Below, one piece after another: positions 1 through 7,220 of a DNA stretch of 8,947 nt. Positions within the stretch are counted from its first letter, which is position 1, and each line of letters opens with the position of its first letter. The notes beneath the pieces are model-generated. The model was given only the letters and a program-made list of their open reading frames with translations. It did no database searches and was not told the origin of the DNA. Position numbers and translations under genes: made by a program. Source of the stretch: Octopus sinensis (Eukaryota); assembly GCF_006345805.1 (NCBI RefSeq), contig NW_021828017.1, positions 1 through 8,947 on the forward strand. The letters are read 5' to 3'.

Positions 1-129
1 GAGGAATGACATATTGGCCAAGGTAGATTTAGGCATTCCGTTGATGGAATAACTTTTGTCAAAGTCTGCTTTTTTAGAAGTCTGTTTTGGTCAGAAATCC
101 CCTCCTTCAGAGATGGATTTGGGCTAAGC

Positions 130-326
130 ATCATCATCAACAACAACAACAACAGCAGCAGCAGCAGCAGTAGCAAGAACAACAACATCAACAACATCAA
201 CATCAACAAGAAACAACAACAACAACAATCATCGCCATCATCGTCGTCGTCGTCGCTTATACCACAACTACCATCATCTCCTCCACCTCCACCTCCTCCT
301 CCTTTTCCTTCTGCTTACTACTACTA

Positions 327-365
<39 letters not shown>

Positions 366-1300
366 CAGTACTACTACTAGTCTGTCGGTTATGTTATCAT
401 ATCTTTCCCTTCTCCCTCTTCATGTCCACCAATCATCTTCACCGTCTCCACCGCCAACAACCTCACCAATTCCGACACCCCTTCCATCACCACCATACTG
501 ATTATTAGAATGCCTTCATCTTTATCATCTTCATCACACCATCGTCGCTACCATTAGCAATACCGTTACCATCATAGCCAATACCAACGGCACGACAACT
601 ACAATCACGACCACTACTACTGTCGTCACCGTCACCGCCGCCACCACCACCACCGCCTCACGTCCCCACAAACCCCATCGTCGTCACGACCGCCATCGCA
701 GCCACCCCCGCCATCATCACTGCCTCCGCCACCGCCATCCCCCACCTCTGCTGAAACCATCACCGCCACCGCTACCACCACCGCCGCTGTCATCGTCACT
801 GTCTCCACCTCCGCCGCCGCCTCCGCCGTCTCCGACGCCACCAACGTCATCACCGCCACAACCAACGTTACCGCCGCCACCGCCGTAACCACCACCACCG
901 CTGCCGTCACCGCCGCCTCCAACCTGCTGCTGCAACCGTCACCGTCACAGCTGCACACCCACTGCCTCTACCTCCACCCCCACTGCCCTGCAACCAGCCA
1001 GCGCTGTCACTGCCGTTACTGACACCACCGCCATCCTCACCGCCTACACCACACACCACCACCACCACCACCATTGCTACCGCAGTACGCGAATCTACTG
1101 CGCCATTACCGTCATAACGCCAACAACATACGACGCCCACCACTTCTACCAACAGCCTCAACACCGTCACCACCATCCCACCACCCCACCATTCACCGCT
1201 ATCACTACCATCACCATGACTACCAACATCACCACATCCTTACCACAACTCCCGCCGCCGCCGACTTATTACCATATTCCAAGACAAATTTCTCCTCCCC
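130..1300. repeat. Mosaic trinucleotide low-complexity field (CAA/CAG/TCG/CCT/TAC/CAC/CCG), C+A-rich on the + strand
   Basis: Period-3 runs such as (CAA)n and (CAG)n at 139-170, (TCG)n at 241-255 and (TAC)n at 317-378. The register shifts repeatedly and stops occur in all three + frames (e.g. 171, 378, 499, 506, 752, 886, 1020). Confidence 0.9.
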
Positions 1301-1394
1301 AACACTTTACACTTAAAAACTGATTTTTCTCTATGACGTCACAAATTGGACTAATTGCGAACATCTTTATATTCTACTGAGTATTTGATAATTT

Positions 1395-1720
1395 TCAAGT
1401 TGATTTGTTATTGCTTTTACTATTGTTGTTATTAATATCGTTGTAATTTTCTATTCAAGTTGTTGCTGTTGTTGTTGTCATTAATATTACACTGTTGTTG
1501 TTGTTGTTAAAATATTGTTATTTTTGATCTTAGAATATTTAGCGCAAGTGATGTTGCGTGTTGATGTGTCTGTTATAAAACATTATTATTGTTGATGTTG
1601 AAACAGTTCTTGTCATCACTTATTAAGTTACTGTCGGTGGTGGTATTGTTGTTTTTGCATTTTCTTTTATTTGCATCTACTGTTGCTGCCGCTGCTGCTG
1701 CTGCTGCCACTACTGCTGTT
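1395..1720. repeat. Degenerate (TTG)/(TAT)/(TGC) low-complexity tract
   Basis: Runs of ttgttg and tattat, plus a (GCT)n run at about 1684-1706. Confidence 0.8.
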
Positions 1721-1856
1721 CGAATTCATATTCGAGTTGCTAGCACGGTAGTTCCTTTTCTTTCTACAAGCGTGTCGTTTTGGGCTCATCATCGAAATGT
1801 AGTTCTATTGCATCTTTTCTATCAGTATTTCCATGGTCATTTCCTGGCCAGACACT
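1721..1856 (+). mobile_element. CR1/Jockey-group LINE remnant, C-terminal part of ORF2 (left piece)
   Basis: Frame +2 from 1721 reads RIHIRVASTVVPFLSTSVSFWAHHRNVVLLHLFYQYFHGH. This matches from memory the post-RT motif R.Q.R...V.P.LS..L..L.HRRNVASL.LFY.YxHG of CR1-type LINEs. Confidence 0.75.
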
Positions 1857-2258
1857 TACTTACTTACTTGTGACGGCGTTCACCCAGGGCGGGTTGAGCC
1901 AGCTTCTTCTCTGGTCCCGACGGAGTAGTAGGATTCATAGAAGTTTCGTGGGAATATTGAATTCACAAGCGATCCCCGACATCCCGCATGCATATCCCGA
2001 GTAAAGGGACGCCCTATTTGCCGCGGAGTCTCCACAGACGCAGGGACAGAACGACCTCGAAGCCGCCGGTTGCCGATCAGACGCCTCTTGGAGTTTTCAC
2101 CAGAGACCCATTGGCCAGGATGCGGTCCTAATACCGCTCGGTGCCAGACCAATCCGCCTTGGGTGGCCCTACCAGGAACCGAAGTTCCCGACGGCATAGC
2201 TCTAACACTACCCATTTACACCACCCTACGGCTTTGAGGAGGGGTTGGATTTTAGGGT
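1854..2258 (-). mobile_element. Short non-autonomous RTE-derived retroelement inserted in the CR1 remnant
   Basis: The minus-strand 3' end is ...ACCCGCCCTGGGTGAACGCCGTCAC followed by (AAGT)4 (+ strand ACTT x4 at 1854-1869). The 5' part contains GAGCTATGCCGTC...CCTGGTAGGGCCACCCAAG, resembling the RTE/BovB-type 5' UTR motif GAGCTATGCCGT..AGGGCCACCCAAG (recalled). Candidate TSD is AGACACT (1850-1856) / AGATACT (2259-2265). The element is a GC-rich island relative to its flanks. Confidence 0.7.
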
Positions 2259-2521
2259 AGATACTCTCCGTCAAGACCTTTAAATCTGTCATCCGCTTCT
2301 CTTTCAAGTCACATCATCTTTCTATTGAGCTTCTCGTTAGTCATAAGTCCTTTTATTCCAATAGCTTCTTTTCTCAAACTGTTGCCCTCTGGAACTCACT
2401 ACCATTGCCGGTTTTTTTTTCCAGATTTATGTTATGCAGTTCTTTAAGCTTTCGGTATCGTTTCAATTTGTAGTCCTTGTCTTTTTCTTACGCTACAGTG
2501 GCCTCAAGTCTTGTTTGGGAC
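2259..2521 (+). mobile_element. CR1/Jockey-group LINE remnant, end of ORF2 plus 3' UTR (right piece)
   Basis: Stop-free KSVIRFSFKSHHLSIELLVSHKSFYSNSFFSQTVALWNSLPLPVF from 2282, then frameshifts (extra T in the T9 run at 2412-2420) leading to QFFK. This is the typical SFFPRT..LWNSLP...FP..Y.LQ.FK terminus. It is followed by a 3' UTR-like AGTGGCCTCAAGTCTTGTTTGGGA. Confidence 0.8.
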
Positions 2522-2692
2522 CAAATCGACTCCGGGACTTATTCTTTGTAAGCCTAGTACTTATTATATCGGTCTCTTTTGCCGAACCACTAAGTTACGG
2601 GGACGTAAACACACCAGCATCGGTTGTCAAGCGATGTTGGGGGACAAACACAGATACACAAACATATACACACACGCACACACACAACACAA

Positions 2693-2729
<37 letters not shown>

Positions 2730-3058
2730 ATATATATTTATTTTATAGAAGGAGCTTCTACAGGAAGCTCCTTCTACAGGACTAGAACTGTTTCATTCAA
2801 ATGAAACTCTGCTATGTATTGAGTACCTTATTTACTGTGGTTAACCCCGACTCAACCCGGGACCTATATATATATATATATATATATACATATATACGAC
2901 GGGATTCTTTGAGTTTCCGTCTACCGAATCCACACACAAGGCTTTGGTCGGTCCTAGGCTATTGTAGAAGACACTTGCCCAAGGTACCACGCAGTGGGAC
3001 TGAACCCGGAACCATATGGTTGGTCAGCAAGCTACTTACCCACACAGCCACTCCTACA

Positions 3059-3061
<3 letters not shown>
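2522..3061 (-). mobile_element. tRNA-derived CORE-type SINE, family A copy 1 (3'-truncated, internal microsatellite interrupted)
   Basis: Minus-strand A box TGGCTGTGTGG (3040-3050), B box GGGTTCAGTCCC (2996-3007) and CORE-like GTGGTACCTTGGGCAAGTGT (2971-2990). Internal (TA)n/(CA)n tract. Colinear with the copies at 5757-6241 and 8579-8947. Confidence 0.9.
2737..2864. mobile_element. ~128-bp insertion inside the (TA)n of SINE A1, possibly a Penelope-like element end
   Basis: Unique sequence flanked on both sides by (TA)n and absent from the homologous position of copy 8579-8947. It contains a perfect 13-bp inverted repeat (2746-2776) and an 8-bp inverted repeat (2790-2807). The family identity is inference only. 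Confidence 0.5.
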
Positions 3062-3113
<52 letters not shown>

Positions 3114-3243
3114 GTATATATATATATATTATTATATTAATATATATAATAATAAATAATAGTATATAATATATATATATATATATAGTATATATATATA
3201 TATATATAGTATATATTATATTATATACATAATATATATATAT
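3061..3243. repeat. (TA)n microsatellite with interruptions
   Basis: Direct reading of the sequence. Confidence 0.95.
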
Positions 3244-3338
3244 CTAATAATACTAATTGTTGTGGATTTTGGCGTCCTGCATAACCAAATAAAAATTACA
3301 CTGAGGTCTTCCTTGCTTTTCGTCTACTCTTCTACTAG

Positions 3339-3371
3339 TCATATGAAACAGAGTACAGGTCAAGTACTGAG
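3339..3371 (+). other. Candidate 33-nt micro-exon (SYETEYRSSTE in phase 0)
   Basis: Pyrimidine tract 3308-3336 ending in TAG (3336-3338), 33 nt, then AG|GTACGT donor at 3372. It lies in a non-repetitive island between two simple-repeat tracts. There is no homology support. Confidence 0.2.
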
Positions 3372-3465
3372 GTACGTGTTGTTGGTACCAGTTTAATGTC
3401 GGCCGCACCAGTGTAAACATTGATCTATGATGGCCTAGTTGGCTATGTGAGAAGCATTGCCCCCT

Positions 3466-3595
3466 TCTCCACCCCTCCTCCTGCTCCTGCTCTTCAACTG
3501 ACTCCATCTCGTCCTCATCCTTCACCTCCCTCGTCATCTCTGTCTCTACCTCTTTCTCCACCCCTTTTTCCACCTCTTCCTCGTCTTCCTTCTCC

Positions 3596-3626
<31 letters not shown>

Positions 3627-4140
3627 CTTCTTCTTCTTCTTCTTCTTCTTCCTTCTCTTCTTCTTCTTCTTCTTCTTCTTCTTCTTCTCTTCTTCCTTCT
3701 TCTTCTCTCTCTTCCTTCTTCTTCTTCTTCTTCTTCTTCTTCTTCTTCTTCTTCTTCTTCTTCTTCTCCTCTCCTTCTCTTCTTTCTTTCTTCTTCTTCT
3801 TCTTCCTCTTCTTCTTCTTCTTCTTCCCTCTTTTTCTTCTTCTTCTTCTTCTTCTCTTCCACTTCCCCATCACCGCTGCTCCCTCCTCTTTTTTCCTCCT
3901 CTATCTTCTCCTCCCCGCCCTCTCCCTCTCCTCCTCTCCTCCAACATCGCCGCAGCCTCCTTCCCACCTCCAACACCACCACATCCTCCTCTCCTCCTCC
4001 TTCCCCTCAATCTCCTCCGCATCCTTCTCTTTGTCGTGTGGTCACCGTCGTCACTGTCGTCGCTGCCTTCTTTGGTGTCGACGTCGTAATCATTATCACC
4101 GCTATCGTTGTCATCGACATCGTTGTCATCGTTATTGCCA
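3466..4140. repeat. (CTT)n/(CCT)n pyrimidine-rich tract grading into (CAT/CGT)n
   Basis: Only C and T from 3597 to 3860, including 18 uninterrupted CTT units at 3597-3650. Confidence 0.95.
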
Positions 4141-4846
4141 CCCTTGTGGTTGCCAGGCATAATTCTAATTACTGATAAAACAGCCATTGACAGAACTCAA
4201 GGGCTTACAAAAGACACCACAAAATATATATATAAATACAGTCACAGTTCTTAACCCAAGGAAATATTTTTTCTCTAGGGTTGAGTAGAAATTTCAGAAT
4301 TTCAAAGGGTTGAGAATTTTGGGGTTGAAAAATCCTTTATCATTTCTCTATTTCTGGAAGATTTATTTTCCCTGATTGAGCAAAACATTAAACTGCGTCC
4401 ATAGGTGAAGCTCCATCGCAGAAGTTCAAGATTGTAGGGGTTCCTGAAGTTATACCATAGTCATCCCTATTTGCAAGTACGAGGCTTGCCCTTGGTGATC
4501 GTCCTTGTCAAATAGCAGAATATAGACCTGTGAATAAGACATACAGGGCTCAGAAATATGTTTGGCCCCCTAGTTATGTGTCGCATAGGTCAACTGATGC
4601 AAAAATGTACCCTGATGTTACGTAAACATGTTACCCCCGTGTGTTTAATAAGCCCAGTGTCTCAAGGGTGAACTCGAGAGAGCAGGACAGAAGGACGTCA
4701 GCAGAGTAAACTGTAAAGAAATCGACAAAAGACACTGGAAAGCCATTACTGTATTTATGATCTACTCGATCAGAGATCATCTAAAGATAAACAACAACAG
4801 AAGCAGTGGAAGTAGCAAGAAGAAGAAGAATCATAACTTATCAAAC

Positions 4847-5260
4847 ATGAAAATTCCTGTACTTTCAGTTAGGGGATACCATTAACTATATCCTATCAAG
4901 GTACCACAGACTAGCATTTCCAGAGGAAGCCATGAGGCATAACAGGGTAAATAGCTGGCTTTACTAGAAAACTATATAAGGATATGAAGGCCTCTGCCAT
5001 TGGGAAATTGTACAATCATAAGTGTGAACAGACACAGTTGTGAAGAAAGAAAAGTGTATGATTCTTTGACGAGTGAAAATAGAGTAAAGATGTCAACTGC
5101 GAAACACTCTGATATCATTATGGAAGATAACTATTTAGGTGTCATACGGTTATTGATGTAGTTTGTTCAATAGTAATATAATATATCAGCAAAGAAAGTT
5201 GAAAACACCAAATAAATAGATCGGAAATAGAAGTATCAAAGATGTAGAATATAGACACAA
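4847..5260 (+). mobile_element. Heavily decayed LINE (RTE-like) AP-endonuclease remnant
   Basis: MKIPVLSVRG at 4847 resembles MKIATxNVRG. The frame at 5003-5158 reads GNCTIISVNRHSCEERKVYDSLTSENRVKMSTAKHSDIIMEDNYLGVIRLL, resembling TIISVYAP...EERK.FYD.L......HDII.MGDFN...RLL. IDRK*/RSIKDV follows near 5215-5248. Motif order is right but there are many stops and frameshifts. Confidence 0.45.
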
Positions 5261-5756
5261 TAAGAGTTTCTGTAAATACGGGGTGTGTAGCGAGTTAGTG
5301 AAGCGTGATACAAAGCAGAAAAATCAAAGAACTGCCTGGTAAATCTTCGACGTTTGAGGTTCAAAGAAGAGCGCTTAAAGGAAGTGCTCAGATTGTTTCG
5401 TATTATCAATTAATTGCGAGAAGAAAAGCTTTTAGCCACAAATCTACAACTGAGATAAAAGATAGGTGTTACATTGTATAATAACGTTGGTATTGAAATT
5501 CGATGGTATTTTCATATGTGTAGGTAATATTTTGGGGGTACTTAATTCTCGCCGCAAACTTTGAATCAAGATGTGATACGTTCCTATGATGACGAACAGT
5601 AGGAATCACTTGTTCTAAGAGACTTAAGAATTATCAATGAAACAGGTGGGATAGTTATGGATGTTGTAAAATTTGGTTACAGAAGTAGGTAAACATTTAT
5701 TCCTGATCTGGCAAAAGTAAGCGACACCAAATTATCTCTCATTTAAAAAAAAAATA

Positions 5757-5949
5757 TTTTACTTGTTTCAGTCAAGTTGGGGCACTGTATTCAAGGATTT
5801 TAATGGAATACATTGATCTCAGTACTTAGGCTCTGATTTAAAATCTGGTACTTATTCTATCGGTCTTTTTTTGACAAACTGCTACGTTACTAGGACGTAA
5901 ATAAACCAATACTGGTTGTCAAGTGGTGGAGAGAGAGGACACAAATATA
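5757..5949 (-). mobile_element. Family A SINE copy 2, 3' half (old, diverged)
   Basis: Aligns to 2540-2650 and 8590-8740, e.g. TACTTATTCTATCGGTCTTTTT and GGACGTAAATAAACCAATACTGGTTGTCAAG. Confidence 0.8.
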
Positions 5950-6112
5950 TGCCCATGGGATTGCGCCTAGAAAGTTCCCCTCCGTGGCAAGGATGTTATC
6001 TAAGGGAAAGGCAAAGGCCGATACAGCTTGGCACCAGTGACGTCGCAATTCATTTCTACAGCTGAGTGAACTGGAGCAACGTGAAAGGCTACCTTGCTCA
6101 AGCACACAACAC
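5950..6112 (-). mobile_element. Headless fragment of a third SINE family (C) nested in A copy 2
   Basis: The minus strand reads GTGTTGTGTGCTTGAGCAAGGTAGCCTTTCACGTTGCTCCAGTTCACTCAGCTG, a typical SINE central-domain sequence. It sits where A copies 1 and 3 have their microsatellite. Confidence 0.6.
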
Positions 6113-6241
6113 AGTTTCCGTCTACAAGACCGTGGTGGGCCAGATTCTTTCGTAGAAGACATTTAATCAAGATAGTACGCAGTGGGACTGTTCCGAAGAC
6201 CACGTTGTTGCGAAGCGAGCTCCCTAACCACACAGCTATGC
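6113..6241 (-). mobile_element. Family A SINE copy 2, 5' half with decayed tRNA head
   Basis: GTTTCCGTCTAC, GTAGAAGACA, ACGCAGTGGGACTG and TAACCACACAGC are colinear with 2913-3050. Confidence 0.75.
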
Positions 6242-6377
6242 TTGAGAGATTCAACTGTAGTCCTTCAGGAAAATAAATATGTTGCTTGAATCCTTGTCGT
6301 TGATTGTTCTGCTCGTAACTTACATCATACATAAGAACATAACTGAATATCATTTCTATTATTAAAATATTAGTTAA

Positions 6378-6993
6378 GGCGGCGAGCTGGCAGAAACGTT
6401 AGCACGCCGGGCGAAATGCTTAGCGGTATTTCGTCTGCCGTTACGTTCTGAGTTCAAATTCCGCCGAGGTTGACTTTGCTTTTCATCCTTTCGGGGGTCG
6501 ATTAAATAAGTACCAGTTACGCACTGGGGTCGATGTAATTGACTTAATCCGTTTGTCTGTCCTTGTTTGTCCCCTCTGCATTTAGCCCCTTGTAGGTAGT
6601 AAAGAAATAGGTATTTCGTCTGCCGATACGTTCTGAGTTCGAATTCCGCGGAGGTCGACTTTGTCTTTCATCCTTTCGGGGTCGATAAATTAAGTACCAG
6701 TTACGCACTGGGGTCGATGTAATCGACTTAATTCCTGTGTCTGTCCTTGGTTGTCCTCTCTATGTTTAGCTTCTTGTGGGCAATAAAGAAATAAGAAACG
6801 TTAGAACGCCGGGCGAAATGTTTAGCGGTAATTCGTCTGTTTTTACGTTCTGAGTTCAAATTCCACCGAGGTCGACTTTGCTTTTCATCCTTTCAGGGTT
6901 GATAAATTAAGTATCAGTTGTGTACTGGGGTCGATCATATCGACTGTCCTCTGTTCCAAAATTTCGAGCCTAGTGCCTAGAGTAGAAAAGAAT
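6378..6993 (+). mobile_element. Family B tRNA-SINE trimer: full monomer 6378-6609, 5'-truncated monomers 6610-6793 and 6794-6993
   Basis: Three tandem copies of GTTCTGAGTTC(A/G)AATTCC...GAGGT(C/T)GACTTTG..TTTCATCCTTTC.GGG.TCGAT...AAGTACCAGTT...ACTGGGGTCGAT. B box GTTCAAATTCC at 6452-6462. Flanked by AATATTAGTTAA (6366-6377) and AATACTAGTTAA (6991-7002). Confidence 0.9.
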
Positions 6994-7002
6994 ACTAGTT
7001 AA

Positions 7003-7211
7003 GGCGGCGAGCTGTCTTAATCAGGGCGAGATGCTTAGCGGTATTTCTCCCGTTGCTAAGTTCTGAGTTCAAGTTTCGCGAAGGTTGACTTTGCTTTTCA
7101 TCCTTTCGGGGTCGATAAATTAAGTATGAGTTGAGTATTGGGGTCGATGTAGTCACCTTAACCCCTCTCCCGCAGATTTCAGGCTTTGTGTCTATAGTAG
7201 GAAGGATTATT
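7003..7211 (+). mobile_element. Family B SINE monomer, more diverged (B4)
   Basis: Starts GGCGGCGAGCTG like 6378, has the same body with CpG decay, and ends in the tail CAGGCTTTGTGTCTATAGTAGGAAGGATTATT. Confidence 0.9.
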
Positions 7212-7220
7212 AAAATATTA

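Noticed and set aside
632-1316. ORFs 632..958, 717..935, 907..1176 and 1074..1316 (Gly/Val/Thr/His-rich)
   Set aside because: They are translations of trinucleotide mosaics, open on both strands and in several frames, with no consistent register or domain.
1334-1341. Perfect CRE palindrome TGACGTCA
   Set aside because: A single 8-mer in 9 kb with no promoter context is compatible with chance.
1880-2215. 111-aa minus-strand ORF in the GC-rich island
   Set aside because: It lies within the RTE-like element's UTR-type sequence, has no RT or endonuclease motif, and GC-rich DNA is stop-poor.
2200-2260. Twister-like words on the + strand (TAACACT ... GAGGAGGGGTTGG at 2236-2248)
   Set aside because: P1, P2, P4 and the T2 pseudoknot cannot be paired, and the strand is opposite to the element's orientation.
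2434-3169. ORFs 2434..2730, 2511..2804 and 2801..3169 (and likewise 8323..8641)
   Set aside because: They are read-through of SINE and (TA)n/(CA)n repeats (YIYI, THTH). Only the first few codons of 2434..2730 belong to the dead CR1 ORF2.
3253-4187. Long ORFs of 105-251 aa with poly-K/E/R/L/S
   Set aside because: They are produced by the (CTT)n tract, which lacks stop codons in most frames.
4405-4460. Possible exon GEAPSQKFKIVGVPEVIP* after CATAG, and a minus-strand VYILLFDKDDHQGQASYLQIGMTM segment at about 4455-4527
   Set aside because: The + candidate has a weak pyrimidine tract and stops in all frames, the minus candidate has a poor donor, and neither peptide is recognisable.
6378-7211. 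Tandem ~200-bp units that could be mistaken for a CRISPR array, satellite or tRNA cluster
   Set aside because: The units are SINE monomers with Pol III boxes and tails. There are no unique spacers, no cas genes and no complete cloverleaf.
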